Part shown: positions 35,235-46,014 of the stretch, one piece after another
Numbering within the stretch: the stretch's first letter is position 1
How the letters are laid out: the number at the start of each line of letters is the position of its first letter
Origin: a virus
Taxonomy: Duplodnaviria; Caudoviricetes
IMG/VR virus record: IMGVR_UViG_2823261200_000003
Location: 13,934 to 77,933 of that record
Length of the DNA: 64,000 bases
Strand: one strand, 5' to 3'
The notes under the pieces: generated by a model
What the model was told of the DNA's origin: nothing
Database searches by the model: none
What the model saw: the letters and a program-made list of their open reading frames with translations, nothing else
Translations under genes and position numbers: made by a program

Positions 35235-36355
35235 TATTGTTGTCCTCCATAGAGTTTATTAAAATCAATGCCCACCGATTGAGGCTTGCTATCGTTTAAA
35301 AATGCCGAGCCTAACTGGTGATCTTGCAATTTCTTACTGATATTTTTTGCCGCTTGATACATCCCCTCAATCGCCTCATCAGAAAGGGCGGTTAAGGTTT
35401 CAGCGGGAGCAATACCACTATGAACAATCACTTTTTCTTGAATTTGTCTAACCGTATCACTATCAGCAAAACTCAAATCAGCGGAAATCATTTTTGCATC
35501 AGCCAACACAGCGGAACGTTTCTGAGCAGTTACACTCGCCTTAGCCTCATCTTCAAGTTTTTGAATTTTAGCTTTCAATTCCGCATTCTCTTTTACTAGT
35601 GCTTCATCTTTCACGTTTCGTTTCTCCTTTTCTTTTTCCTCATCAGAAGCGGCGTTTTTTTCTTTTTTAGCAGACTGTTCTGCGGGTTTTTCAGGTTGAT
35701 TCTCTCCGCTTTTTTTCTTAGGCATTTCACTGGTTTGCTCATCATCCTCTTCTTCAATTTGCTTTTTCTGCTCATCAGAAAGGCTGATACCAAAAACGCC
35801 TAAGATAGAGTCAAGAAGTTTCACTTTTTTGCTCATCGCATTCTCCTCATCGGCTAGCTTAACCGTTCCCCCGCAGCGACCTCTAGCCACAATCGCCACG
35901 TGGTTGCCGATCATCGGCGACATCTCATAATCAGCCCCATTGACTTGAGTTTGCGTCAATTTACAGTCATACCCACAAGAAAGCTCTTGAATGCCGTGAT
36001 CTTGAATAAGGCGAATGGTTTCCTCATCATAAATCCACGCCTCCCCTTTTAGCGTATCTTGATCACGCACGACATTGCGAACTACCCCAACAGAAAGGGC
36101 TTTCCAGTTTTTCGCATTTACATTTTCCTTAGGGTGGCCCACCGTAATAGGCACGCCCTCAAAACTTTTTATGGTTTCATTCCCGAATAACGAGCCTTCC
36201 GTTCGGGCAACCTTTTTCACCGCTTTTTGATTACCTACATTCAACTCACTATCTAAATAATCAAAAATCCCCACCTTAGACAAGGTAGCCGGCACGACTA
36301 AATAACCGTCTTTAGTAAAGGTGCGTGCGGTCTGTGCTTTATCATTAAATCGCAT
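35234..36355 (-). CDS. Prohead protease/scaffold (DUF2213-like)
   Basis: PITVGHP, ELSCGY, NHVAIVARGRCG. Confidence 0.88.
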   Translation of the reverse strand: MRFNDKAQTARTFTKDGYLVVPATLSKVGIFDYLDSELNVGNQKAVKKVARTEGSLFGNETIKSFEGVPITVGHPKENVNAKNWKALSVGVVRNVVRDQDTLKGEAWIYDEETIRLIQDHGIQELSCGYDCKLTQTQVNGADYEMSPMIGNHVAIVARGRCGGTVKLADEENAMSKKVKLLDSILGVFGISLSDEQKKQIEEEDDEQTSEMPKKKSGENQPEKPAEQSAKKEKNAASDEEKEKEKRNVKDEALVKENAELKAKIQKLEDEAKASVTAQKRSAVLADAKMISADLSFADSDTVRQIQEKVIVHSGIAPAETLTALSDEAIEGMYQAAKNISKKLQDHQLGSAFLNDSKPQSVGIDFNKLYGGQQ

Positions 36356-36422
36356 AGCCACTCCTTTTTTAGGCATAAAAAAACCGCACTAAAAAGTGCG
36401 GCCTGTTTTGGTTTAATTTTTC

Positions 36423-36704
36423 CTAATCGCTTGTTTTGGTTTTTTCTAAGCGTTTGATAACTTGCTCCACAGTCAAATCATCATTCATCGAAATACGGCG
36501 ATAATATTCAATGGCAAAAGGATTAGTCCGTAAATCATTAATCTTACGGGCTATCTCCGCTTTTGTGGGTTTATAGGCTTCTGCTTCGGCAAGTTCACGC
36601 TCTGTTTTTTCTGCCCTTTTCTTGTCCATTTCTAGCCAAGCATCAAAATCGGAATAACCTTCAAATTTAGCCAACTCTTTTTGCTGTTCTAACGTTAATC
36701 TCAT
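36423..36704 (-). CDS. Putative immunity protein of the MuF toxin
   Basis: Small ORF directly after the MuF-ART gene, followed by a terminator hairpin built from a USS and a near-USS. Confidence 0.55.
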   Translation of the reverse strand: MRLTLEQQKELAKFEGYSDFDAWLEMDKKRAEKTERELAEAEAYKPTKAEIARKINDLRTNPFAIEYYRRISMNDDLTVEQVIKRLEKTKTSD

Positions 36705-36706
36705 AT

Positions 36707-38104
36707 TTATTCCTCAATAAGTTCAACGAGATAAGTTTTCTTAAACCAACCTTTCTGTTGCACGTTTCTCACATAAAACCTTTTCTTAGTTTGGAATAAT
36801 ACCTCTCTTTCGTGAGGATATAAAGAGATTTGTTCAATATCTCGCCCTGTTTTGCCGTGAATGATAAATTTCACATTTCCCGAAAAGCCTATATTTTGCT
36901 CTGTTTTAGACGTGCTTGTAAATTGATATTCCTCCACAATCGCCCCTTGTTGGTAGCGGGCTAGAAAGGCTTTAAGCTCTTTCTTCGACAATTCAATATT
37001 GCGATACGTGGTTTTATTATGTACGGGTATCTTCTTCAGTGCGTTATCTAAGGTTTTTGCTAATACTAACTGCTCGGCACTGGCTGTTCCTGTCCTTAAC
37101 GCTTTATTTAATGGTCGGTGGATTGCCCCCGTATAAGCTATGACTGACATTGCCTCACTACGGGATAAGCGATACGCCGCAATATTCGGCACGATTTTAG
37201 TCAAATGCTCAGCAACAAAATTAAATGCGGTTGCTCCGATTAAGCCTTTTAATAACCGATCTTCTTCAAACTGTTGTGTGAGTCCTACCACAAGTTTTTC
37301 GCTATCTTTGCCGAAATAAGGTAAAGCAACACAACGGCAGTTTACCTCGTGCGTCGGATGTCCTGTCGGTGGTGGACTCGCCCAGCTAAAAATTTTCCCC
37401 TCGTTTTCCGCGTGGCTTTCTCGCACTCGCTCATCACCGGAGGTTGACCAGATATAGTGGGTAATCCCTAACGCCTCCTGCTGTGCTTGGTCAATCGCTC
37501 CGTTAAATTTGCTTGATTGATCTCTTGCGATCAGTTTGGCTCTTTTTTCGGTGATATTGCCAATCTCTTTGAGTGATTTAAGTAGATCACGGTTTAATTT
37601 GCCATTTAATACGGATTGATGTACTACAGTTTGCACTTTATCCAAATATTGGTTATGAATGGATTTAATCAGTTGTACATTGGCTTGAGCAAGCTGGTTT
37701 ACCTTATCGTTCACTGTAGGGTTGCTTTGAATATAGCTTTTTAAATCAAGCCCTGTGGCTTGCTGTAGGCGTTGGCTAAAATCGTTATCGTGCTGAGCTT
37801 TCGCTCGTTGAGTAAAGCCACCTGCGATACGGCTTGCCATTTCATCAATCTTTTTTTCCCCTAAGCGATTGAGCTTGTCGAGTAATGCAGTGCGATCATC
37901 ATTAGCAGCATCGTGAAATTGCGACGAAAAAAAAGTGCGGTTATTTTCCACCGCACTTTCAATTTCATCTCGCAACTGCTTCACGAACAGTAACAATTCC
38001 CGCTTATACCAGATTTCTGCCCGCCTACTGTTCTTGATCGGCTTGTATCGCTTCAGTTTGATCAGCTTGTTGTTGCGAAGAAGCTCGGGTAAATTCATCA
38101 ACAT
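36707..38104 (-). CDS. MuF/SPP1 gp7 head morphogenesis protein fused to an ADP-ribosyltransferase domain
   Basis: RAKLIARDQ, WSTSGDERVRESH, NCRC; then YT...LNKALR, TYR, FTSTS, EREVLF (R-S-ExE). Confidence 0.88.
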   Translation of the reverse strand: MLMNLPELLRNNKLIKLKRYKPIKNSRRAEIWYKRELLLFVKQLRDEIESAVENNRTFFSSQFHDAANDDRTALLDKLNRLGEKKIDEMASRIAGGFTQRAKAQHDNDFSQRLQQATGLDLKSYIQSNPTVNDKVNQLAQANVQLIKSIHNQYLDKVQTVVHQSVLNGKLNRDLLKSLKEIGNITEKRAKLIARDQSSKFNGAIDQAQQEALGITHYIWSTSGDERVRESHAENEGKIFSWASPPPTGHPTHEVNCRCVALPYFGKDSEKLVVGLTQQFEEDRLLKGLIGATAFNFVAEHLTKIVPNIAAYRLSRSEAMSVIAYTGAIHRPLNKALRTGTASAEQLVLAKTLDNALKKIPVHNKTTYRNIELSKKELKAFLARYQQGAIVEEYQFTSTSKTEQNIGFSGNVKFIIHGKTGRDIEQISLYPHEREVLFQTKKRFYVRNVQQKGWFKKTYLVELIEE

Positions 38105-39341
38105 CTTGTTGCTCCTCAAGTAACGCAATATCTTCTGCTGAGATATTGGCAAATAACCCATTTTCATTGAGTTCATTCGCCACCTGCACTTCACTCAATA
38201 CGCCATTTTGAATAAAGATATTCATTGCATTGGCAAAGCTTGTTAAGGCATTCATTTTTTGCTCAAAACTGATTTCTTGAAGGCTCGGAAACTCAAACCA
38301 CCAATCTTTCGGCTGAAACCCTATCACCATTTGGGCTAATAATGGGTCAAGCCGTTCAAATAATGGTCGTAGTCGGCTTTCTTGCAATGCGTGAATGCTT
38401 TCGTGGAAGTTTTGAATATCTTCATCACCACTGGCTAAACCGCTTACGGATTGTCCGAATAATATCGTCACAGGCATATCAGCGGCACCCGCTACGGCAT
38501 TGCGAAACTCCACTAATAACTCTTTTAATCCCGTAAAGGTTAGCTCTTTTTGTTCATACTCACTTTCACCGTCAATCAATAAGCAGTTTGTAATCGATTT
38601 AATATTTTGTATATGGCTCATTGCTTCAGTGATGCTTTCCGCCCCACCTGACGCAAGCTTAACGTTAAGCCCGGATATTTTAAAAATATCCGTCTTGCTC
38701 TCAGTGACCAACTCACCAATATTAATACTGAGCATATCAAAGCGTTTAAGCGTAGGGTAAATACCCTCTAAATCAGAAAAACCAAACAACGAATTATCAC
38801 TTTCACTGCGATACGCTCCCTGCATTAAATATAAACGGGAATGATGCACCTCAATTTGACCGTTGAGGATATAGTAATTATATTTGCCAAAATTAGCAGA
38901 AAGGATATCTGTGTTTTTATTGCCTTTTCCTTGTATTAAATTTGGCTTAATCACTAATAAACGTTCAATGACTTGATTTGAGTTTAATGGAGATTGCACG
39001 CTCGCATTCGTTAAAATGAGTACACCGCACCCACCGTAAAGGCTTGTTGTAATACAAGCCTCTTTTGTGATTTCTTGCAATTTTAAGCGACGTTCTAGAT
39101 CGTAAAAGCCATTAAGCTGTTTGGCAGCTAAATCATTCGATTTAATCTCCCGCCATTTACGCGTCATATGCTCCGCTCTTTTTAAGCAGACTTTTTGGGC
39201 AATCCAATTTTCCGCCCATAGCGTATCAAGCTCTTTTTGATTATCTGTTAATTTTACAGAGGGCTGATAAGTTGCCTGCTCTTGTCGTCGCCCCAACGCC
39301 ATTGACATTGAGGTTAAACTATCATTTATACTTGTTGTCAT
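38025..39341 (-). CDS. Portal protein (DUF1073-like)
   Basis: [21 protein letters not shown]; follows TerL. Confidence 0.88.
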   Translation of the reverse strand: MTTSINDSLTSMSMALGRRQEQATYQPSVKLTDNQKELDTLWAENWIAQKVCLKRAEHMTRKWREIKSNDLAAKQLNGFYDLERRLKLQEITKEACITTSLYGGCGVLILTNASVQSPLNSNQVIERLLVIKPNLIQGKGNKNTDILSANFGKYNYYILNGQIEVHHSRLYLMQGAYRSESDNSLFGFSDLEGIYPTLKRFDMLSINIGELVTESKTDIFKISGLNVKLASGGAESITEAMSHIQNIKSITNCLLIDGESEYEQKELTFTGLKELLVEFRNAVAGAADMPVTILFGQSVSGLASGDEDIQNFHESIHALQESRLRPLFERLDPLLAQMVIGFQPKDWWFEFPSLQEISFEQKMNALTSFANAMNIFIQNGVLSEVQVANELNENGLFANISAEDIALLEEQQDVDEFTRASSQQQADQTEAIQADQEQ

Positions 39342-40687
39342 AGTGCGTCCCAAATTGCTATGTTATTCCGAGCTAAACCACTCACCGCCATAACCAAGCT
39401 ATCTGCAAGATTAGGTGAAGGAATGCCTCGTTTTTTCATTTCTTTTTTACTCTCCACTTTCACACGACCGTTATTGTCATAATCCACGCGAGGTCGAGAA
39501 AGCTCAGCGACCAAATAATCCAATTCACTTATCTCACTTGATAGGCTAATTAATTCTTCTGATGGATAGTGATCACCGAACTTAATTGCTCGATAGGTTT
39601 TATAAAAACGATCTCTTACCGCCCACCAAGACTGAGCTTTGAGATTGGCAAACATATCTTTATTTTTTTTACCTAAGCTATATTCTCGTTCTGGATATTC
39701 CACCGCACCACTGGCATTAAAGCCTATCGCTTGTAATTTACCTTGTTGTAAAGTGCGGTTATAATGTGCTTTAACACCTGCCCCAACACCAATTGAGTCA
39801 AAAATAATTTCATCTGCGGCAAATTTAATGGCTTCATCAGCAGTACGATCTGCACTGCTTATCACATCGCCCCCTTTCCAAGAAAAGCAATCCATTACCA
39901 CCGCACCGTAAACCAAACAATTTGCGTTAGCGTCTTCTCCCTCATCAGCCACATCAAAGCCAGTCACTTTTTTACCCAACGGTTCAAAGCCTAATTGTTT
40001 ATGTGCATCAATGGCAGCCTCAATCCACACGGGCTTAATGATCACTTTATCGCTATCTGCAACGGGTTCCCCCTCCCAAATATGCCGATAAAGCTCATAA
40101 TCTTTCGCCTTGCAATCTTCCATTTCTAATCGCAAGGTTTCGGGGAAAAATGGATTGTCTGTAAAATTAACTTTAATCAACACAATATCGCTTGGCGGCG
40201 AAACAACAAAGCGTTGATAAGTATCATCAAGAATATTTTTCGGGTTAAAGGAAACCCAAATTTCAGAATATTCTTTCCGAATAGTTGGGATTAAAATTTC
40301 CCAACTCTCTTTTGACACATTTTCGGCTTCTTCCACCCAGCAAATATCAATCCCCTCAAGGGATTTAATTTTAGTTGGGTTATTTTTGATGCCGTAAAAC
40401 AGGAAAATCGCCCCCGTTTTAAGGTTGTAGATTTTGTTTTTCTGCACATCAAATTCAGATTGATAGCCATAACGTTCGATTGTGTCGGCTAACAATTGGA
40501 TAACCGAATCACTAATTGAGTTTTGCAATTCCCTGGCACAAAGAAAACGGCTATTTGAACGGCGAGCAATTTCAATTAAAAGCCTTGCTATCGTCCAAGA
40601 TTTACCGCTACCACGCCCACCATAAGCTACCTTATAACGATGTGGCTCAATAAAAGGTAAGAATTTACTAATCAGCTTTTGCGTCAT
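39338..40687 (-). CDS. terL: Terminase large subunit (PBSX family)
   Basis: [30 protein letters not shown]. Confidence 0.95.
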   Translation of the reverse strand: MTQKLISKFLPFIEPHRYKVAYGGRGSGKSWTIARLLIEIARRSNSRFLCARELQNSISDSVIQLLADTIERYGYQSEFDVQKNKIYNLKTGAIFLFYGIKNNPTKIKSLEGIDICWVEEAENVSKESWEILIPTIRKEYSEIWVSFNPKNILDDTYQRFVVSPPSDIVLIKVNFTDNPFFPETLRLEMEDCKAKDYELYRHIWEGEPVADSDKVIIKPVWIEAAIDAHKQLGFEPLGKKVTGFDVADEGEDANANCLVYGAVVMDCFSWKGGDVISSADRTADEAIKFAADEIIFDSIGVGAGVKAHYNRTLQQGKLQAIGFNASGAVEYPEREYSLGKKNKDMFANLKAQSWWAVRDRFYKTYRAIKFGDHYPSEELISLSSEISELDYLVAELSRPRVDYDNNGRVKVESKKEMKKRGIPSPNLADSLVMAVSGLARNNIAIWDAL

Positions 40688-41180
40688 CTGAAAATAAATC
40701 CCTTAATGATCCTAATGCCATAGAGCCATCGCTTGAGGTTAAATCGACCTTTTGACTGAACATTCCCAAATGCTTACCCAACAATTCAAGGGCTTTATTC
40801 ACCGAAGAGGATTCATAAACAAATTGAGCAATATCATCACCCACAAGCTCGCCATCTTCAGATTTTCTGATTTCAGTTTTAATAACCGCTTTTTTACCTG
40901 ATGCAACTTCAATGTTTTCCAGCAACATCCGAATCACATCATCTTGCGTTATTTGAACTCGCTCAGCACGTTTGTTTTGAGCGGCTTCAATCGCTTGCTG
41001 AACTGTAGTTTTCTGTAGTAATTGATAACCTAATTCAGATGCTCTGTTTTTGCTATACCCAGCCCGAATAGCTGCTTGAGTTGCGTTTAAATCAATAAGA
41101 TATTCTTCTACAAATCGTTTCTGCTTATCGGTCAACCCACGCCCCTTAGACGTGGACTTAACCCCGTCTTTCTTTGGCAT
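40668..41180 (-). CDS. terS: Terminase small subunit
   Basis: [28 protein letters not shown]; [13 protein letters not shown]. Confidence 0.95.
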   Translation of the reverse strand: MPKKDGVKSTSKGRGLTDKQKRFVEEYLIDLNATQAAIRAGYSKNRASELGYQLLQKTTVQQAIEAAQNKRAERVQITQDDVIRMLLENIEVASGKKAVIKTEIRKSEDGELVGDDIAQFVYESSSVNKALELLGKHLGMFSQKVDLTSSDGSMALGSLRDLFSDDAKAD

Positions 41181-41190
41181 AGGTTAATCC

Positions 41191-41463
41191 TTATTTAATT
41201 TCTCCAGTAATACGAATTTTAAACATTGGCACATATTCAGGGTTGTGGATATTCAGCAGTCCCTCAATAAAAAAGCCGATTTGATCTGCGACAGTTAAAA
41301 CCCATTCAGGAATAAAATTAGCCGCTTCAATAATGGGGGCTTCGCTATCAATATCTTTGACATAAACAGGAATACCCCAAAGCCATCCATAATGCGTGAA
41401 GCCTTCCTCAATCAATTTCTTTTTCGACTTATAAAGCATTCCCATTTGATTTACTCCACTCAA
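41191..41463 (-). CDS. Hypothetical phage protein
   Basis: FTHYGWLWGIPVY motif; start uncertain. Confidence 0.65.
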   Translation of the reverse strand: MSGVNQMGMLYKSKKKLIEEGFTHYGWLWGIPVYVKDIDSEAPIIEAANFIPEWVLTVADQIGFFIEGLLNIHNPEYVPMFKIRITGEIK

Positions 41464-41710
41464 TCACCCCACTTAACCGCCCCGCACAAATCTCACGTTC
41501 TTTCTGCACCACTCGCAAATAAATAATCGCCTCACCATAGGTTGAACCGCTAAAGGCAGTTTGCGGGCAAGGGATTAAATAAATACTCGGCGGCAGGTGA
41601 TACTCCGTTTCAGTTTTTGTGCTGCAACCGCTTAATAACATCATCAGGCAAAGGCTCGCGGCTACAATCCTGCCCTTTAATCCTTTTATAAATAACGCGA
41701 ATATCTTCAT
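41429..41710 (-). CDS. o-spanin (Rz1-like lipoprotein)
   Basis: Lipobox LLSGC; Pro/Cys-rich; overlaps the i-spanin. Confidence 0.8.
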   Translation of the reverse strand: MKIFALFIKGLKGRIVAASLCLMMLLSGCSTKTETEYHLPPSIYLIPCPQTAFSGSTYGEAIIYLRVVQKEREICAGRLSGVIEWSKSNGNAL

Positions 41711-41975
41711 CGGCTTTTTCTCGCTGTACTTGTTCAAGTGCGGTCTGTTTTTGTGTCGTTTTCCGTTCATCTTCGAGCTGTTTTGTTCTTTCTGCGAGAT
41801 TATGGTTCAGTTGCTGTATGGTTTGGGCTTGCATTTGATTTTTGGCACTTAAGCTACTTATCCTCTGCGACTGATACCAAACCCAACCACATAAGCCCAA
41901 AATCACGCATAACCACAACAGCGAGGAATATTTACGGATAAACGGCACGATGTAATTCAAAATGCGGGCCATCAT
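41610..41975 (-). CDS. i-spanin (Rz-like)
   Basis: N-terminal TM segment, coiled coil, C-terminal Cys; start uncertain. Confidence 0.8.
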   Translation of the reverse strand: MMARILNYIVPFIRKYSSLLWLCVILGLCGWVWYQSQRISSLSAKNQMQAQTIQQLNHNLAERTKQLEDERKTTQKQTALEQVQREKADEDIRVIYKRIKGQDCSREPLPDDVIKRLQHKN

Positions 41976-42339
41976 AAAAACGTTCATCTTCACTTTTCCC
42001 ATTACCGTTCCAATCTCCACCCCAGCGAATGGTGACATTTAATTCTTTGGCCGCTCGAAACATTGCCTTCGCAATTTCCTTAAATTTATCCTGTTCTGAC
42101 CAAGGGATTTTTCCTTCAACCAGCGGGGCTAAATCCACCGCGTGACCGGTTAAATGACGGCTATTCATTGTCTTAGTCGCCCCTTGCTTAAAGAGTTGGG
42201 CTTGGCGTGCTTTTGTTCTTACCCCTTCAATCACCGCAAAATCAACGGTGCTATATTCAAGGGCTTTTCGCACGACCTTAACCAAATCACCGTGAACACC
42301 TTGTAAATGCTTTTCACTACGTTGGCTAAATTTAAACAT
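41932..42339 (-). CDS. Endolysin, M15 peptidase
   Basis: EGVRT...SRHLTGHAVD...WGGDW...DGPHFEL. Confidence 0.92.
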   Translation of the reverse strand: MFKFSQRSEKHLQGVHGDLVKVVRKALEYSTVDFAVIEGVRTKARQAQLFKQGATKTMNSRHLTGHAVDLAPLVEGKIPWSEQDKFKEIAKAMFRAAKELNVTIRWGGDWNGNGKSEDERFYDGPHFELHRAVYP

Positions 42340-42664
42340 CTTTATTCACCCGCTTTTTTAACGCCTGCATCAAATATTCACGGATTTTCTCCGCACCAAT
42401 AAACCCGAGCATTCCCCCAATAAACGAGGCAAGGCTATCAGGGAAACCAAGATGATTTAACAGCGACATACTTGATAAGGTTAAAGCACCACAAATTGCC
42501 CCATCCAATATCCGCTGGCGAAAACTCGTTTTCTGACGCAAAAAGGCAGCGCGTAGCAAAGACATAAAAAACGCCATCGTGAAACCCACAATGGCGTTGT
42601 AATTTTGATGAATATATGCCCCTAAAATAAGCCATATATTCGGATCGTTGTTTGGCATTTTCAT
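42332..42664 (-). CDS. Lambda S-family holin with Met-Lys-Met dual start
   Basis: Three TM segments, FIGGMLGFIGAEKIRE; GGAG RBS then ATG AAA ATG. Confidence 0.9.
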   Translation of the reverse strand: MKMPNNDPNIWLILGAYIHQNYNAIVGFTMAFFMSLLRAAFLRQKTSFRQRILDGAICGALTLSSMSLLNHLGFPDSLASFIGGMLGFIGAEKIREYLMQALKKRVNKDV

Positions 42665-42730
42665 CACTCCGCCTCCTTTTTGAGGCAATAAAAAGCCCAC
42701 CTGTTACAGTGGGCTATAAGTTCTGCTAAG

Positions 42731-42958
42731 ATAAAATTCCATGAGGATACAATTAAATCTATTTTATCAACCAAAATAGAATCATCTTCTCTTCCTAAAG
42801 AGGAAAAATCATCACTACTCAACATTTTAAAAGGGTTGACCGGAAAAGCCCTAGAGCGGGTAATAACGAAATTGGTAGATCTTGGATTTGAGAATGCGGA
42901 TCAAGCAATCCCTCTGCTGAAAATAGCGTTTGAGTCCTTGCAGAAATCTGTTTCTTAA
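42731..42958 (+). pseudogene. 3' remnant of a moron gene
   Basis: Startless 75-codon frame IKFHEDTIKSILSTKIESSSLPKEEKSSLL... Confidence 0.55.
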
Positions 42959-43136
42959 ACACAAGATTTGCTATTAATTCACCTGACTGATTACGAATAG
43001 GTAATAAAACCTCTTCTAGTTCCTTTTTCTGGCAAGAGTTAGGAACGGAAAGCATTAATCTATCGTTTTCATCTATCCAAAGCTCTATACCTAAAAAAGT
43101 AAAAGGTTGAATAAAACCGCTTTCAGCTTTCATCAT
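42819..43136 (-). CDS. Hypothetical protein
   Basis: GGAGG RBS; 3' part overlaps the opposite-strand remnant. Confidence 0.4.
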   Translation of the reverse strand: MMKAESGFIQPFTFLGIELWIDENDRLMLSVPNSCQKKELEEVLLPIRNQSGELIANLVFKKQISARTQTLFSAEGLLDPHSQIQDLPISLLPALGLFRSTLLKC

Positions 43137-43282
43137 TCCTCCAATATTGAGCTTCTAAGTTTCAAATAAAAAGCCCCGACCGTTTCCGATCAGGGCTGTT
43201 AAAATTCATTCGTGCGTTTTAAACGTGCAAAACCGCAATATAGATAATATGGTAGTATTTTAATGCGCACTCGTCAAGCATT

Positions 43283-43567
43283 TTAGTGATAAGAAATAAA
43301 TAATTCTGAACCACAAGCTTGAGCATATCGCAACAGTGTCATCATTGAAGCACGGCTCGCATTCTTTTCTAATTTGCTAACTGCTGGTTGAGAAATACCC
43401 ATACGCTCAGCAACTTGAGAAACAGTTAAGCCCGCTTTTTGACGTAAAGATTTAAGCAAAAATTGTAATTCTTCAACTTTTCTCTCTTGAACATAAAGTA
43501 CTTTAGTTTCCTCATCTTGCAGAAGTTTCTCTTTTACTGTTTTATAACTTACTGGCTTAACTTTCAT
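43283..43567 (-). CDS. higA: HigA-like XRE antitoxin
   Basis: LRQKAGLTVSQVAERMGISQPAVSKLE. Confidence 0.85.
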   Translation of the reverse strand: MKVKPVSYKTVKEKLLQDEETKVLYVQERKVEELQFLLKSLRQKAGLTVSQVAERMGISQPAVSKLEKNASRASMMTLLRYAQACGSELFISYH

Positions 43568-43880
43568 TGGTCATCTCCTCTAATCGCTTAAATGCTAATT
43601 CAATTTCACTTACTGGTGTTTTCTGGGACTTTTTCACAAAGGTACGCAAAATATAAATTTTTTGCCCCACAGCAAAGGCAAAGAATGTGCGTGAGATGTC
43701 TTTACTCCCTGCTCTTAATTCAAATAAACCATCTCTGATTGGTCTTGTATGAGGAAAGCGAAGCAAATTACCTTGCGATTCCAGTTTATCTAATGCATTT
43801 AATACCTTAGCTTTCATTGCGGGCGTTAAATGCTCAATTTCAGATACTGCCTCTGGGTGAAAAAACAATTCGAACATCAT
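43557..43880 (-). CDS. higB: HigB/RelE-family toxin
   Basis: PHTRPIRDGLFELR...FVKKSQKTP; upstream of its antitoxin. Confidence 0.88.
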   Translation of the reverse strand: MMFELFFHPEAVSEIEHLTPAMKAKVLNALDKLESQGNLLRFPHTRPIRDGLFELRAGSKDISRTFFAFAVGQKIYILRTFVKKSQKTPVSEIELAFKRLEEMTNES

Positions 43881-43949
43881 TATTTACACATATATTATAA
43901 ACTATGAGTTATTATACAATACTTTTACACCATAACTCAAGAGTTATAT

Positions 43950-44354
43950 TTAAGCAATAAAAATACTCTCATTTTGACTTAACATTAGCATCAGTGATGT
44001 TTCTGCTATTTTTAAGCGTTCAAAATAAGTGCGGCGACCAATCCCAAACCTCTCCAAAATCCCAACCCGCACTGGCACACGATTTCGATCATATTCCGTA
44101 TAAAGCGGCAAACGGTAAGCATAAGTTGCCATAAATAAATCGTAAAGCTCAGGTGTTGCTTTACGCATCACTAGCACGCAACGCTCGATTTCCTCAGCTA
44201 ACGACTCACTAATGGGATCAACTCGTCTTTTGCTCTCATCAATCGGCGTGGGAATGCTCACCGAAAGGCAAGGATATTCCGTGCCTAATCGTGGTGTGGC
44301 CCAATAGCCCCATTGTGTACAAACTTTTTTAATATCGTTAAAAACTAATTCCAT
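43950..44354 (-). CDS. Late antiterminator Q-like protein
   Basis: QWGYWA N-terminus, C-terminal HTH; lies between ninG and lysis genes. Confidence 0.75.
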   Translation of the reverse strand: MELVFNDIKKVCTQWGYWATPRLGTEYPCLSVSIPTPIDESKRRVDPISESLAEEIERCVLVMRKATPELYDLFMATYAYRLPLYTEYDRNRVPVRVGILERFGIGRRTYFERLKIAETSLMLMLSQNESIFIA

Positions 44355-44950
44355 TGCTTCCCTCGCTTTTCTAATAACTTCACTTTCCGCTCAAAAATCC
44401 GCTTAATCCGCCTTAAATCCTCATCGCTATAATGTCTTGGGCGTTGATCGCTTTCGATTTCTCGCACCTTTTCGATTCCCAAACGCTCAATCAGCCCTAC
44501 GCGATATTCGTGGTAATTTCCGCCCAACCATCGATTGCAGCGTTTGCATTGACCAAAAATATTAAGCGTATAAAACCTCAAGTGCGGGGCTGAACCACGG
44601 CTACGATAATGCCCCGCATCAAATCCCCCGCCTAATTTCTCGCTAATCAACGGCGTACCACACGAGATACATTCCTTATTCGCATCACGAAAACGGATAT
44701 ATTTATTCACCGCACTTTGAGCTTCAGCAATGAGTTGATTATGCGTTTTATTCTTTTCCTTAAGTGCGGTCATTCTTTTGCGAGTTTCTGCCCGTTCTGC
44801 TTTTGCAATTTTTTCCCGCTTTTTTCGTGATTGCTCTGCAGACAACTTTATCGCACAAGGTACACCGCACACTTTTTGCAGGCTGCTGACTGTCTTTGTG
44901 TAATAAGTGCCACAGACTTTGCACTTATGCTGTTTTGGTGCTTTTGCCAT
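44345..44950 (-). CDS. ninG: NinG/Rap recombination endonuclease
   Basis: YIRFRD, CISCG, DAGHYRSRGSAPHLRF, QCKRCN. Confidence 0.92.
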   Translation of the reverse strand: MAKAPKQHKCKVCGTYYTKTVSSLQKVCGVPCAIKLSAEQSRKKREKIAKAERAETRKRMTALKEKNKTHNQLIAEAQSAVNKYIRFRDANKECISCGTPLISEKLGGGFDAGHYRSRGSAPHLRFYTLNIFGQCKRCNRWLGGNYHEYRVGLIERLGIEKVREIESDQRPRHYSDEDLRRIKRIFERKVKLLEKRGKQWN

Positions 44951-45138
44951 TAAACTTCCCAACCTTCCATAATCATTAATTCATCTCCAATCTTGACAAC
45001 CCCACAATTCAAGCGTAGGATTTACCACAGGTCTCAAAAGCCTATAACGAACGGTAATTCACCCCGTTAGCGTGATTTTTTTGTATCTGGGTTTCTCCTA
45101 TTTCTCATACCTGATACAAAAACAACAACTTAAATCAA

Positions 45139-45218
45139 TGGTCGAGAGTGCGAGGAATATAACACCGCAAGGGAATAACTCCGCTCGATTCGTTACGAGT
45201 TTTGAGCTCTCGACCGCC
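45139..45218 (+). ncRNA. C4-type antisense RNA
   Basis: Stem GGTCGAGAG/CTCTCGACC; TTCGTTA and TTTTGAG pair with TAACGAA/CTCAAAA sites up- and downstream. Confidence 0.85.
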
Positions 45219-45254
45219 CTAGTAAGGGAATTTCTCTCAAAAGGAAATAACGAA

Positions 45255-45950
45255 ATGAAAACTCAAATTCAATTTAACACCTTTAACTTCCATTCCAATT
45301 CTGTTCGCGTCATCAAAGATCCCAATCAAGAAATCTGGTTTTGTGGTACTGATGTTTGCGATGTCTTAGGTTATGCCAACTCAAGAAAAGCCTTGCAAGA
45401 TCACTGTAAATCATCTGGTGTAACGAAACGTTACACCCCTACCAAAGGCGGAAATCAAGAATTAACATTTATCAATGAACCTAACCTATACCGTTTAATC
45501 ATCAAATCACGGAAGCCTGAAGCTGAACCATTTGAAGCGTGGGTATTTGAAGAAGTTCTCCCACAAATCCGCAAAACAGGTAAATACAGTTTGCAAAATT
45601 CTCAACAACTCGCTTTACCTGAACCCGAAAAGAAATATCCTTTCGAGCATAGCGAAAAAGAGCTACAAAATTTAGCGTGGGATTGGTTCGCCCTTTTCAA
45701 ATGTGTGGAATTTACCAAAGACATTGTGCCAGCATTAGATGCCATTCAATCCAAATTTGCCCCACAAGCACGGAGTATCGTCTCTGAATATGGCTCTATG
45801 CTTCGCCGTCATCAACCGCTAATCCAAAAGCTCACCGCCCAATTTGAAATCGAAACTTGGGGCGATGAAAATTGGAACAGAGTACTACCGACTATTCGGG
45901 ATAACGAAATTCTTAACCCAAGAAAACAGCTCCCACACCACAATTTCTAA
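45255..45950 (+). CDS. Bro-N antirepressor (inserted against the nin operon)
   Basis: Bro-N motifs; C-terminal domain almost identical to that of 17620-18312. Confidence 0.9.
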   Translation: MKTQIQFNTFNFHSNSVRVIKDPNQEIWFCGTDVCDVLGYANSRKALQDHCKSSGVTKRYTPTKGGNQELTFINEPNLYRLIIKSRKPEAEPFEAWVFEEVLPQIRKTGKYSLQNSQQLALPEPEKKYPFEHSEKELQNLAWDWFALFKCVEFTKDIVPALDAIQSKFAPQARSIVSEYGSMLRRHQPLIQKLTAQFEIETWGDENWNRVLPTIRDNEILNPRKQLPHHNF

Positions 45951-46014
45951 AACTCTCTAAAATCCAACCGCACTTCGGTGCGGTTTTTGTTATACTGCCC
46001 TCAAGGAGGACAAA

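Noticed and set aside
38105-38194. N-terminal extension of the MuF ORF in the ORF track
   Set aside because: Overlaps the portal gene; the GAGGAG RBS points to a start at 38104
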